From assembly GCA_026396065.1 (NCBI GenBank), contig JAPLXO010000008.1, positions 1,056 through 65,055 on the forward strand: 64,000 bases of DNA, in the 5' to 3' direction. A program made the position numbers and the translations under genes. The notes beneath the pieces were generated by a model. The model searched no databases and was not told the origin of the DNA. It saw only the letters and a list, made by a program, of their open reading frames with translations. The first letter of the stretch is position 1. Every line of letters begins with the position of its first letter. Positions 20,913-31,312 of this stretch are shown piece by piece. Source of the DNA: Candidatus Nomurabacteria bacterium (GTDB lineage: Bacteria > Patescibacteriota > Minisyncoccia > Phycocordibacterales > UBA9973).

Positions 20913-21554
20913 ATGAAGAAGATTTTCGATTCTTACAAAGTTCACTTTTCTGAGAAAAAGTTTGTTTTTTCGGTGGTATCAGCGCTTATGCTTTTCGTTG
21001 TAAGTTTATTTGTCAATTTTTATGCTGGTATGTATGCCACCGAGAGGGCGAGTAACTCTGTAACCGATATTGTATTAAGTAATATTAGAAGTTTTGATGT
21101 TGATTCTTTGTTTATTTATGGTGGTTTTATTATTTTTATTGTTATTACACTTTTTTGTTTATTTGAACCAAAAAAACTTCCATTTATTATAAAATCTGTA
21201 AGTCTTTTTGTTTTGATTCGATCTTTATTTATCACTCTTACTCATATTGGACCTTTTCCTTCACAAATAGATATTACTTCAGAAAATTTTCTAACTAACT
21301 TTATCTTTGGTGGTGATTTATTTTTCTCTGGTCATACTGGTTTACCATTTTTAATGGCGCTTATTTATTGGGATAATAAAATAGTTCGTTTTTTCTTTAT
21401 AGTGATGTCTTTATTTTTTGGTACAATAGTTTTGCTCGGGCATTTACACTATACGATTGACGTATTGTCTGCGTTTTTTATTACTTATACTATTTATCAT
21501 ATGGCTAGATATTTATTTAAAAATGATTACGAATTTTTTAAAAAAAGTTTATAA
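20913..21554 (+). CDS. polytopic membrane protein, PAP2-like/sphingomyelin-synthase-like motifs
   Basis: FSGHTG and HYTIDV motifs in TM context; downstream of GT genes. Confidence 0.4.
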   Translation: MKKIFDSYKVHFSEKKFVFSVVSALMLFVVSLFVNFYAGMYATERASNSVTDIVLSNIRSFDVDSLFIYGGFIIFIVITLFCLFEPKKLPFIIKSVSLFVLIRSLFITLTHIGPFPSQIDITSENFLTNFIFGGDLFFSGHTGLPFLMALIYWDNKIVRFFFIVMSLFFGTIVLLGHLHYTIDVLSAFFITYTIYHMARYLFKNDYEFFKKSL

Positions 21555-21569
21555 ATTTATTAAATTATT

Positions 21570-22094
21570 ATGATATACAATATTCATCCAATCTTTGTTC
21601 ATTTTCCCATAGCTTTGCTTTTTCTCTATTCATTTGTAAAAATTCTTCCATTTAAAAGATGGTTACCAGGAGTTGCTTGGAATCATATAGAAAGAGCTTT
21701 GTTATTTTTTGGTGTACTAGGAGCTTTCACTGCTTTGGGAACAGGGGAGATTGCTGAAAAATTATATCAATCAGAACATAAACTTATTGAAATTCATTCT
21801 ACTTTTGCTGGTATTGCCACTTGGATTTATGTAGCACTTTTATTTGGAGAAATCATTTCAGTTTTAAATAATTCATATCAAAATTTAATTCAAGAAATAA
21901 AAATAGATAAAATAAAGACTTTTCTAGTTAAGTTAGAAAACATATTATGTAGTGGAACATTTTCTAAAATTTTATCTATTTTAGGTTTGATAGCTATTAG
22001 CGTAACAGGTATTTTAGGTGGAGCAATAGTATATGGAGCTTCTGCTGATCCATTTGCTGGTTTTATTTTAAAATTATTTGGTATTAATTTGTAA
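21570..22094 (+). CDS. DUF2231-like membrane protein
   Basis: N-terminal HPIFVHFPIALL motif, 4 TM. Confidence 0.4.
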   Translation: MIYNIHPIFVHFPIALLFLYSFVKILPFKRWLPGVAWNHIERALLFFGVLGAFTALGTGEIAEKLYQSEHKLIEIHSTFAGIATWIYVALLFGEIISVLNNSYQNLIQEIKIDKIKTFLVKLENILCSGTFSKILSILGLIAISVTGILGGAIVYGASADPFAGFILKLFGINL

Positions 22095-22748
22095 TTAATA
22101 AGTTACTCCAGGTATTACAAAAAATCCATAAAGTACTACTGCAAAATTTATTATTGAATGGCTTATTATTATAAGTAGTAAGCTCGGGTATCTCATATAC
22201 ATTATTGCAAAACCAAGTCCTCCAATAAAAGCTAGCGGTAGTCCAATCATTGGATTTGGAAATATAGAATGCAGAAACATAAAAATTAAAGCATTTACTA
22301 TTACTACAAGCCAAGGCCTCGATATTAATTTACTAAGTGCCGGTATTAGATATGCCCTATAGCCCACTTCTTGAAAAATAGAAACTAATAAAAATCCATA
22401 AATAAAATGGCTATATTTCCACCATTTATTTAATTCTTCATAACCAATTTTTTCACCAAATAAAGAAATAGTGGCCACTGTAACTAATGTAAATATTGTA
22501 TATGGAATTATATATTTTTTTATTCTGTATTTTGTAATACCGAGCATCAATAGTGTCCATTTTTCTTCTACTAGTATAACTACTAATAGACTAATAAGAG
22601 CAACTAATAAATATACTCTTTGTCCAGATGAAATAATACTAAGATCTATCAATAGTATTGGTAATATAAAAATTAGTAAAATTTGAAGCAGAAGCTCTTT
22701 TTTACTTGTTTGTATATTTTCAACAATGTATTTGATTTGCTCGTCCAT
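22095..22748 (-). CDS. CPBP family intramembrane glutamic endopeptidase (CAAX protease-like)
   Basis: EVGYRAYLIPAL (EExxxR-type) and FLHS motifs in TM helices. Confidence 0.7.
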   Translation of the reverse strand: MDEQIKYIVENIQTSKKELLLQILLIFILPILLIDLSIISSGQRVYLLVALISLLVVILVEEKWTLLMLGITKYRIKKYIIPYTIFTLVTVATISLFGEKIGYEELNKWWKYSHFIYGFLLVSIFQEVGYRAYLIPALSKLISRPWLVVIVNALIFMFLHSIFPNPMIGLPLAFIGGLGFAIMYMRYPSLLLIIISHSIINFAVVLYGFFVIPGVTY

Positions 22749-22813
22749 AATGTTATATTAACATAATATCGTTTGCCGTTGTAGTTGTTTTAGTAGGTCG
22801 ATACGTCAATATT

Positions 22814-22886
22814 GCCGTTATAGCTCAGGTAGTAGAGCACGTTCTTGGTAAGAACGAGGTCATCAGTGCAAATCTGATTAACGGCT
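22814..22886 (+). tRNA. tRNA-Thr (anticodon GGT)
   Basis: gccgttatagctcaggtagtagagc a cgttc-ttggtaa-gaacg ... ctgattaacggct. Confidence 0.75.
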
Positions 22887-22892
22887 CAGTAC

Positions 22893-22965
22893 GCCATCCT
22901 AGCTCATCTGGTAGAGCAACCCCTTCGTAAGGGGTAGGTGCCGAGTTCAAGTCTCGGGGATGGCT
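22893..22965 (+). tRNA. tRNA-Thr (anticodon CGT)
   Basis: gccatcctagctcatctggtagagc a acccc-ttcgtaa-ggggt ... ccgagttcaagtctcgg ggatggct. Confidence 0.75.
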
Positions 22966-22995
22966 CCTTTAAAACTAATATAGTATCATGACTAT

Positions 22996-23790
22996 ATGAA
23001 TATTGAATTTACAAAAATGCATGGCCTAGGTAATGACTTTATTGTTATTAACAATATGAATGGCAGAATAAAACTTTCCACTGAGCAAGTAGTTTTTTTA
23101 TGTAATCGTTTTATTGGTGTCGGTGCTGATGGAGTTATTTTAGTGGAAAAGTCCGATAAAGCACATTGTTTTATGAATTATATAAATGCAGATGGAACAT
23201 ACGCAGAAATGTGTGGCAATGGTGTACGTTGTACGGCAAAATTTTTGCGAGATGATTTTTTTAAAGATCAAAATGATTTTAAAATAGATACAAGAGCAGG
23301 AATAAAAGAAGTTAAATATTATAGTAAAGATAAAACTTTTTCTGTAAATATGGGTAAGCCAATTTTTAAGCATTCTGATTTTCCAGAAAATTCTTTGGAC
23401 TTGGAAGGATTATCTTTAGACTTTGTTTCAGTCGGCAATCCTCACGCTGTAGCTTTTGTTGAAAATTTAAATAATTATAATATTTCATTTATCGGACCTC
23501 GTATTGAAAATGATAAACACTTTCCAAATAAAATAAATTTTCATATAGTTCAAAAGAAAAGTGAAAAAGAATTTGATGTTTTGACATGGGAGCGTGGTTG
23601 CGGAGCGACCCTTGCTTGCGGTACTGGTGCTTGCGCCGTGTATGCTATTTTAAGAAAATATAAAAATACTTCCACTCCGTTGATCATAGGTTTACCTGGA
23701 GGCAAACTTTTTATTTCAGAGAATGAAGAAGGGGTTATTATTATGAGTGGTCCCGCAGAGAGTGTTTTTAGTGCTATTATATCTTTATAG
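22996..23790 (+). CDS. dapF: diaminopimelate epimerase
   Basis: MHGLGNDF, catalytic Cys motifs CGNGVRC and ERGCGATLACGTGACA. Confidence 0.85.
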   Translation: MNIEFTKMHGLGNDFIVINNMNGRIKLSTEQVVFLCNRFIGVGADGVILVEKSDKAHCFMNYINADGTYAEMCGNGVRCTAKFLRDDFFKDQNDFKIDTRAGIKEVKYYSKDKTFSVNMGKPIFKHSDFPENSLDLEGLSLDFVSVGNPHAVAFVENLNNYNISFIGPRIENDKHFPNKINFHIVQKKSEKEFDVLTWERGCGATLACGTGACAVYAILRKYKNTSTPLIIGLPGGKLFISENEEGVIIMSGPAESVFSAIISL

Positions 23791-23793
23791 ACT

Positions 23794-24681
23794 ATGAACG
23801 AAGATACAAATCAAATTGAAGAAAAAATCAGGACTCTAGAAGAATCAATGGTGAAGCCAGATTTTTGGAATGATAAAGTAAATGCTCAAACAGTATTGAA
23901 AGAACTTGCTGAACTTAAAGATAAAAAAGAAGGATTGGGAAAATATGATAAAGGCTCGGCAATAATAAATATTTTTTCTGGTGCTGGAGGGGATGATGCA
24001 GAAGATTTTTCTAGTATTCTTTTTGGAATGTATATGAAATATGCAAAGAGAACTGGCTATGGTATCAGCTTTATGGATGAACATAAAAATGATCATGGAG
24101 GATATAGAAATGTATCTTTTGAAATTTCTGGAAAGGGTGCGTATGGAAAATTAAAAAATGAATCAGGTGTGCATCGTCTCGTGCGTATTTCACCATTCAA
24201 TGCAAAAAAAATGCGTCATACTTCTTTTTCTCTTGTAGAAGTTTTACCAAAGTTTTCTAAAATGGATGAAAAAGATTTTATAATACCAGAAGCTGATTTG
24301 AAAATAGAATTTTCTCGTGCAGGTGGGCCTGGTGGGCAGAATGTAAACAAGCGCGAGACAGCAGTGCGAATAGTCCACACACCGACAGGAATATCGGTGC
24401 ATGCCAATGGAGAGCGAAGCCAAGAACAAAATCGCGAACAAGCTATGAGTATTCTTCGCGCAAAGATTTTTAAGAAAGCCCAAGATGAGAAAAAAACTTT
24501 TGAAGAAAGTATGAAGATTTCTAAAGGTACAGAAATAGAATGGGGAAGTCAGATTCGCTCATATGTCCTCCATCCATACAAAATGGTAAAAGACCACCGC
24601 ACAGATGCTGAAACCTCAAATGTAGACGCTGTGCTTAATGGCGATCTTGACCTTTTTATTAAAGCTGAGAAAAGCTTATAG
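23794..24681 (+). CDS. prfB: peptide chain release factor 2 (short form, no frameshift site)
   Basis: SPF tripeptide (RISPFNAKK), GGQ motif ([24 protein letters not shown]), [12 protein letters not shown]-terminal block. Confidence 0.8.
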   Translation: MNEDTNQIEEKIRTLEESMVKPDFWNDKVNAQTVLKELAELKDKKEGLGKYDKGSAIINIFSGAGGDDAEDFSSILFGMYMKYAKRTGYGISFMDEHKNDHGGYRNVSFEISGKGAYGKLKNESGVHRLVRISPFNAKKMRHTSFSLVEVLPKFSKMDEKDFIIPEADLKIEFSRAGGPGGQNVNKRETAVRIVHTPTGISVHANGERSQEQNREQAMSILRAKIFKKAQDEKKTFEESMKISKGTEIEWGSQIRSYVLHPYKMVKDHRTDAETSNVDAVLNGDLDLFIKAEKSL

Positions 24682-24933
24682 CTCTTGACTTTTTTATACA
24701 ATATGCTAGTATAGAAGCCAGTTTCAGCTCTTTGACAGAAGCTTTGTTTTATTGTAATAAGAGCAACATTTAGTGAATTTAATATCACTAAGTTCTTTAA
24801 ATGTTGCTCTTTTAAATATATTTAATTAGAAACAACCGTTGCTGTAACCAATCAGCCATTCCGTTACGAAAGGACCAGATGAAAAGACTCTGGAGATTTT
24901 TTTAAATGTATCTAAACAAAAAACAAATTAAAA

Positions 24934-27105
24934 ATGAAGAAAATAGTTCTTTTGCTATTAGTAGCACTCTTATTCATTGGAGCGACAATGAAAGTAAACG
25001 CACAACAAATTATTCACCCGAGTTTCACGATAAGCGCAGATACTACTTGTACAGGAGTATATTTATTCCCTACAAGTACAACAACAGTGGATTTTCCAAG
25101 TGACACTTCATATTTGAAATATGAATGGTCAACAAATGGAAATGCTACAACGCAGTACTGGCAAGGGCGTTATTTTTACCAGGGAGTTGCTTATAATTGG
25201 GGAAGTAATACTTACTTTCTTACATTAACGGTAACAGATACTGTTAATAACATTGGAAACAGCTTTTCCCAGCCTATACATGTATATGACAGGCCGGGTT
25301 GGACATTAATAAGTCCGCAAAGTCCTACTATTGATTGTATTGATTCGGTGATTGTAACTGCTACAAATAACGACCCAAATACAACTTTTATTTAGGAAGA
25401 CAATACTGGAGCAATCATTGGTTCAGGACAACAACAGAGTTTTAATTTAGGTGGAAATTATTCAGTTACTGCGGTAAGTACGATTTCCGGCTGTGTTTCA
25501 AATGGCACAAATTTCTTCAATGTCCAAAATAATGGGCAAACCACGATTACTATATTCGCTGGTTACCCAAACATAAACTTTGGATACATAAATGTATTTG
25601 GTGATAGCGTAGAAGTCTGCGGCTCAAATGCAACACTCGGGTTCAATACCTCGGGACCATTCAATAATAACTTCACTTGGGACAATGGATCTAATCAGTA
25701 CAACCGAACTATCACAAGTTCAGGACTGTACTCTCTGACTTACATCAGTCCTAGTGGTTGCACAATCACGTCTACAATATATGTGACGATGCGTCCACTA
25801 CCTGTACTTCCTATAACTTCATCAGGGTCAACTACTTTTTGTAACGGAGGAAGTACAACACTTCAAACTACTCCAAACTTACAAAATTATAATTGGCAAG
25901 GAGCTTGGGGTCAGGGTAATACAGCTGTAGTTTCTTGGAATGGAAATGTAACTGTCATAGCAACCGATTCTTTCGGTTGTACTGGACAATCACAACCAGT
26001 TACAATTACTGTTTTAAATACATCAGTCACACCAATCATAAGTCAGGTTGGATGCAACACTTTTTCAAATGTAGCACCTGACTCGACTACGACTTTGAGT
26101 TGGACCTTGTATGGCACATCAGCTGTATTAGGAACTACTCAATTGTTTCAACCTCCGCATTATGGGATGTATGTTTGTACAGCTACAAATATAAATGGTT
26201 GTGCAAATGCATCGGTACCTTTTGCCTTTACCAACTTAATTATTCCACCTGTATTGAATACAACCGGAATGACTGAAGGTTGCCAAGGACAAAACATTAA
26301 TCTTGTAGTGCTAAATGCAGCAAGTTATTCTTCATTGATTTGGAGTAATGGTGCAAATACATCAAATATTGTTGTAAACAATTCTGGATTATTTTCAGTA
26401 ACTGGTTACAATAATGGATGCCAACAAACCTCAGTCGTGGATACTGTAATTTTCCATCCAAACCCTACAGCAACGATTAGTGGAAACTCACAGTTTTGTG
26501 AGGGCTCCACTGATACTCTTTCTGTAAGTGCTGGAGCTAGTACTTATTGCTGGAATACCAATCAAAATACTGCAAGTATTTCTGTGACAAATTCCGGTAC
26601 TTATTCTGTGACAACGACTAATACTTTTGGTTGTACAGGTAGTGCAAGTATTACGGTAACAGCAAATCCATTACCTATACCGGTAATTGCTGTAAATGGT
26701 TGTGTTGTTTACATTACAAATTCACAACCAGGTGATACACAGGAATGGTATATAAACGGAATATTAGTATCTGGTTCTGGAGATTATATCTCTACTGGTG
26801 ATATCGGAATGTATCAGGTTTTCGTTACTAACAGTAGCGGATGCAGTAATGGTTCAAACAGTATATTTATAAACTGTACCGCTGGTATTGAAGAAGCAAT
26901 TTTAAATAATGCTTCAATTTATCAGACGGACCATGAAATAACTATTAAATTTACCGAGAACAAAGATCATACGATAAATATTTTTGATGTACTAGGTAAA
27001 AAAGTGTTTGAAAAAACAGCACACGGAACTATGGTTATTCAAACCGAAAATTTTAACTCAGGGATGTACTTTATCCAGGGATTAAAAAGAATTTTAATAA
27101 AGTAA
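24934..27105 (+). pseudogene. large secreted surface protein with Cys-containing ~90-aa repeats (SprB-like) and T9SS-type C-terminal sorting-domain-like tail; 724 codons interrupted by one in-frame TAG at 25393-25395
   Basis: ORFs 24934-25395 and 25783-27105 are in the same frame, with no other stop in 25396-25782. Signal peptide MKKIVLLLLVALLFIGATMKVNAQQ. Repeated ..GCTGS.. / ..NGCQQTS.. / ..SGCSN.. modules. C-terminal ~70 aa resemble a Por/T9SS CTD beta-sandwich. Confidence 0.5.
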
Positions 27106-27252
27106 TTGTGGAATAAAGTTTTCGCTCTTAATAAAAAACTCTTTGTGACTTAATTGTTTGCAGGGAGTTTTTTCTTGCTATTTTACAAAAAATGTGATAA
27201 TATAATTCTATAATTTAAATATAGTTCTTAATCATTTAAAACAAAAGCAGTT

Positions 27253-27636
27253 ATGAAAAAAACAAAATTTTTACTGGTGCTTGGCACCTTAGTTATTTTG
27301 TCTGTGTTATTTGCTAATATAGCAAAAGCACAAACAGGTTATTATATTGAAAGTACAAAGTTTCAAAAGTATGCAAGAGAACATCCAAATTCAATGCAGT
27401 ATCGTTACGATAAGTTAAATCGTATGGTGCTTTGGATGACTCCTTGTAACAGGGATAGCATTAATACAACATCTTACACTTATGATGCTGCAGGTAATCG
27501 TTTGAGTAAGACAGTCCTTTTATTTTACAAGGACAAAGAAAACAACGAAAAATATATCTGCCAAACAACAATGGACCCAAAACAGTTTTCCACCTTTCTG
27601 GAAACTATTTTTAACCAATTGGATGGAAAACAGTAA
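27253..27636 (+). CDS. small secreted protein containing a single YD (RHS-type) repeat
   Basis: Signal peptide ending AKAQ; YTYDAAGNRLSK matches the YD-repeat consensus. Confidence 0.5.
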   Translation: MKKTKFLLVLGTLVILSVLFANIAKAQTGYYIESTKFQKYAREHPNSMQYRYDKLNRMVLWMTPCNRDSINTTSYTYDAAGNRLSKTVLLFYKDKENNEKYICQTTMDPKQFSTFLETIFNQLDGKQ

Positions 27637-27678
27637 ACTTTTAAAAATTTTGAAAATCCATAGTGAGCCTAGCTCATT

Positions 27679-28401
27679 ATGGATTTTTGTTTGTTTATCT
27701 TTTCTGATATAATAAGATTCGTGATCTACTTTAATAATGTTTCAAAAATTTACAATAAAGATTCAGTAGCATTAGATGATATTAATCTTACTATTTCTGC
27801 AGGGGAATTGGTCTCAATTGTAGGCCATTCTGGTGCCGGAAAGACTACTTTGATTAAAATGATACTTTCCGATGAAAAGCCTACAGGAGGTAGTGTTTTT
27901 TTTGAGTCTTTAGATATTCAAAATTTAAAAAATAAAGATCTCACGAAGCTCCGCCGACGTATCGGGGCTGTTTTTCAAGATTTTAAACTTTTAACAAATA
28001 AGACTGCTTACGAAAATATAGCTTTTGCAATGGAAGCGGCTGGAAAGACAGATGAAGAAATGCTCAGCGATATTCCACATGTTTTAGAATTGGTTAATTT
28101 ATCACACAAGACAAATCATTTTCCTCATCAAATGTCTGGAGGTGAAAAGCAACGTCTTGCTATAGCTCGCGCTATCATCAACCAACCAGAATTAATCATT
28201 GCTGATGAGCCTACTGGTAATTTGGACCCAGTAAATACTTTTGAAGTAATTCAGATTTTAAAAAAGATTAATGATTTGGGTACGACTGTTATTTTGACTA
28301 CACACAATAGAGGCGTAATAGATTCGATAGGTAAGCGTGTAATCACTATGGACAAAGGAAAGATTACTAGGGATGATAAAGACGGTAAATATACAATATA
28401 G
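27679..28401 (+). CDS. ftsE: cell division ATP-binding protein FtsE (true start probably GTG at 27722)
   Basis: [10 protein letters not shown]-terminus, Walker [35 protein letters not shown]; followed by ftsX. Confidence 0.85.
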   Translation: MDFCLFIFSDIIRFVIYFNNVSKIYNKDSVALDDINLTISAGELVSIVGHSGAGKTTLIKMILSDEKPTGGSVFFESLDIQNLKNKDLTKLRRRIGAVFQDFKLLTNKTAYENIAFAMEAAGKTDEEMLSDIPHVLELVNLSHKTNHFPHQMSGGEKQRLAIARAIINQPELIIADEPTGNLDPVNTFEVIQILKKINDLGTTVILTTHNRGVIDSIGKRVITMDKGKITRDDKDGKYTI

Positions 28402-28413
28402 TATAATAATATT

Positions 28414-29331
28414 ATGAGAGAATTAAAAAGAATTATAAAAGCAGGTTTTCTAAATTTTCGTAGAAATGGAATAATTTCTTGGGCAGCTGTTTTAATAGTC
28501 ACTATTACTCTTTCTGTAATTACTTCACTTATTTTTCTTCAAGCAGTTTTGCATTTTTCACTTGATCAAATAAAAGATAAAGTAGACGTTACTATTTATT
28601 TCACTACAGGTGCGTCAGAAGAAAAAATTCTTACTTTAGAATCTTCTATAAAAAAGTTACCAGAAGTATCCAGTGTGAGCTATGTATCATCTGGTGACGC
28701 ATTAAAAACTTTCCGTGATAGACATAGCAATGATTATCCTACTATTCAAGCACTAGATGAAATTGGAATAAACCCACTTGGTGCATATTTAAATATTAAA
28801 GCAAAAGAAATTTCTCAATACGGTGCCATTTCTGATTTCTTAGGATCTGACAATACTCTTATGAAAGACTCGGCTTCTATTATAGATAAAGTAAATTATA
28901 ATCAAAATAAAAGTGTGATAGATCGGTTGAATGCGATTATTAGTGGAGCTCAAAAATTAGGTTTTCTAATTACTCTTGTTTTAGTCGGCATCTCAATTAT
29001 TATTGCTTTTAATACCATTCGTTTAACTATATTTATGTCTCGTGAGGAGATATCTGTGATGCGTCTAGTAGGGGGTAGTAATATGCGTATTAGAGGCCCA
29101 TTTATGGTGGAAGGAGCGATTTATGGAGTAGTAGCGACAGTTATAACCTTGTTAATTTTCTGGCCATGGACAGCATGGCTCGGTAAAAATATGACTTCAT
29201 TTCTGGGTATGAATTTATATGATTATTATCTTTCCAATATATTTGAAATTTTTATGATTGTATTATTATCAGGTGTCTTGCTAGGAGTTATTTCTAGTTC
29301 TCTTGCAATACGTAAATATTTAAGAAAGTAG
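28414..29331 (+). CDS. ftsX: cell division permease FtsX
   Basis: TM1, large periplasmic loop, C-terminal 3 TM, FtsX family order after ftsE. Confidence 0.8.
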   Translation: MRELKRIIKAGFLNFRRNGIISWAAVLIVTITLSVITSLIFLQAVLHFSLDQIKDKVDVTIYFTTGASEEKILTLESSIKKLPEVSSVSYVSSGDALKTFRDRHSNDYPTIQALDEIGINPLGAYLNIKAKEISQYGAISDFLGSDNTLMKDSASIIDKVNYNQNKSVIDRLNAIISGAQKLGFLITLVLVGISIIIAFNTIRLTIFMSREEISVMRLVGGSNMRIRGPFMVEGAIYGVVATVITLLIFWPWTAWLGKNMTSFLGMNLYDYYLSNIFEIFMIVLLSGVLLGVISSSLAIRKYLRK

Positions 29332-29332
29332 T

Positions 29333-30985
29333 ATGGCTAAGGAAAATACAAAATATATTTTTGTGGTAGGTGGTGTTATTTCTGGAGTCGGAAAGGGTAT
29401 TACTTCTTCTTCAATTGGACTTATATTAAAAAATCGTGGACTCAATGTAACAGCAATAAAAATTGATCCATATATCAATGTGGATGCAGGTACAATGAAT
29501 CCTACAGAGCACGGAGAAGTTTTTGTACTTGGTGATAAAGATGAGACAGATCAAGATATGGGTAATTATGAAAGATTTTTAGATATTAATCTTACCCGTA
29601 CCAATTATATGACTACAGGACGAGTGTATCAAACAGTTATTGAAAAAGAACGTAATTTAGAATACAAAGGGAAGTGCGTCGAAGTTGTCCCACATATTCC
29701 TCTTGAGGTTGTTCGTCGTATAAAAAAAGCTGGAGTAGATGCTAAGGCCGATGTAGTGATTGTAGAAGTCGGTGGTACTGTCGGTGAATATCAAAATATG
29801 CTTTTTCTTGAAGCAGCTAGAATGTTGAAAATTGAGCAACCACACAATGTATTTTTCATTATGGTTTCATATTTACCGACTCCATCAAAAGTAGGAGAGA
29901 TGAAAACAAAACCCACACAGCATGCCTCACGTCTCCTTAATGGTTCTGGAATTCAGGCTGATATTTTAATTGCTCGCGCTGATACACCACTAGATGAAAA
30001 AAGAAAAGAAAAACTTGCAATGTTTTGCAATATCCCTGCTGATAAAATAATTTCTGCGCCAGACGTAGATAGTGTATATGATATACCAATAAATTTTGAA
30101 AAAGAAAAATTGTCTGAAAAACTTTGTGAAATAATGAATGTAGTTTGCAAAAAACCAGATGAAAAAAGATGGCTCGCTTGGAAAAATTTTACAAAGAAAG
30201 TTCATAATTCAAAAGATACCTTAAAGATTGCAATGATTGGTAAATATTTTGAGACTGGAGATTTTATTCTTTCCGATTCTTATCTTTCAGTAATTGAAGC
30301 TGTGAAATATTCTGCATATAGTCAAAATAAAAAACCTATAATTTCTTGGTTAAATGCTACTGACTTTGAAAAATCACCAGCAAAACTTAAAGAATTAAAA
30401 AATTATGATGGCATCATAGTCCCAGGAGGTTTTGGATCTCGTGGTATAGAAGGAATAATTAGTACTATAAAATTTGCTCGTGAAAATAAAATTCCATATT
30501 TTGGTCTTTGCTATGGTATGCAATTACTAGTGATAGAATATGCACGAAATATTTTAGGATTAAAAGATGCAAATACTCGTGAGGTAAATCCAAATTCAAA
30601 GAATATGGTAATCGATGTAATGGAAGAGCAAAAAGAACTTTTAAAAAATAATCTTTATGGAGGGTCTATGCGTTTGGGAAATTATGAATGTGTATTGGGA
30701 AAGGGTACAGTGGCCGAAAACTCTTATGGATCAAAAGAAATAATAGAGCGTCATAGACATCGCTACGAAGTAAACAATTCTTTTGTAGAAAGTTTAGAAA
30801 AGAAAGGTTTGGTTTTTTCCGGTAAATCTCCAAATGGAAAACTTATGGAGATAGCTGAACTTCCTAAAAAAGACCATCCATTTTTCCTGGGTACTCAATT
30901 TCATCCTGAGTTTTTAGCTCGTCCACTCACACCGCATCCACTTTTTACAGCTTTTATCAAAGCTTGCATAAATAAGAAAAAATAA
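29333..30985 (+). CDS. pyrG: CTP synthase
   Basis: N-terminal GGVISGVGKGI, glutamine amidotransferase GLCYGMQ ... H..E catalytic block. Confidence 0.9.
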   Translation: MAKENTKYIFVVGGVISGVGKGITSSSIGLILKNRGLNVTAIKIDPYINVDAGTMNPTEHGEVFVLGDKDETDQDMGNYERFLDINLTRTNYMTTGRVYQTVIEKERNLEYKGKCVEVVPHIPLEVVRRIKKAGVDAKADVVIVEVGGTVGEYQNMLFLEAARMLKIEQPHNVFFIMVSYLPTPSKVGEMKTKPTQHASRLLNGSGIQADILIARADTPLDEKRKEKLAMFCNIPADKIISAPDVDSVYDIPINFEKEKLSEKLCEIMNVVCKKPDEKRWLAWKNFTKKVHNSKDTLKIAMIGKYFETGDFILSDSYLSVIEAVKYSAYSQNKKPIISWLNATDFEKSPAKLKELKNYDGIIVPGGFGSRGIEGIISTIKFARENKIPYFGLCYGMQLLVIEYARNILGLKDANTREVNPNSKNMVIDVMEEQKELLKNNLYGGSMRLGNYECVLGKGTVAENSYGSKEIIERHRHRYEVNNSFVESLEKKGLVFSGKSPNGKLMEIAELPKKDHPFFLGTQFHPEFLARPLTPHPLFTAFIKACINKKK

Positions 30986-31049
30986 ATATTCTCTTGAGTA
31001 ATTGGTATTTTTAAGCTAATCTTTAGAAGTAGGGTTATTTTTGTTTATA

Positions 31050-31073
31050 AAGCTGGGAGATCGTCTAATGGTG
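31050..31073 (+). repeat. partial direct copy of tRNA-Gln 5' end (aaagc + first 19 nt)
   Basis: aaagctgggagatcgtctaatggt is identical to 31141-31164. Confidence 0.7.
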
Positions 31074-31145
31074 GGAATAAAAAATAAACTTCTTTATTTT
31101 TTATCTGGTTCTGAAAGAAATTATCGTTATTTTTGTTGTGAAAGC

Positions 31146-31216
31146 TGGGAGATCGTCTAATGGTAGGACACCTCCCTCTGGAGGAGGTTATCTTGGTTCG
31201 AGTCCAAGTCTCCCAG
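31146..31216 (+). tRNA. tRNA-Gln (anticodon CTG)
   Basis: U1:A72 acceptor tgggaga/tctccca, anticodon arm cctcc-ctctgga-ggagg, T-arm cttgg-ttcgagt-ccaag, discriminator g. Confidence 0.75.
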
Positions 31217-31242
31217 CTTTCATAAGAAAAATAGATAATAAG

Positions 31243-31283
31243 CCCTCTGGGAGTTATCTTATTCGAGTCCAAGTCTCCCAGCT
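31243..31283 (+). repeat. partial direct copy of tRNA-Gln 3' half
   Basis: ccctctgggagttatcttattcgagtccaagtctcccagcttt. The last 28 nt are identical to the tRNA 3' end plus 4 nt downstream. Confidence 0.7.
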
Positions 31284-31312
31284 TTGGAAAGAAAAATAAT
31301 ATCAATTTTAAT

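Noticed and set aside
24700-24905. SRP RNA or tmRNA in the prfB-downstream non-coding unit
   Set aside because: No tRNA-like acceptor/T-arm ends (tmRNA) and no SRP domain IV GGAA/AGCAG motif were found. It is kept only as a generic candidate sRNA.
31045-31305. 86-aa minus-strand ORF
   Set aside because: It overlaps tRNA-Gln and its flanking repeat copies. It is a translation artefact of an RNA/repeat region.
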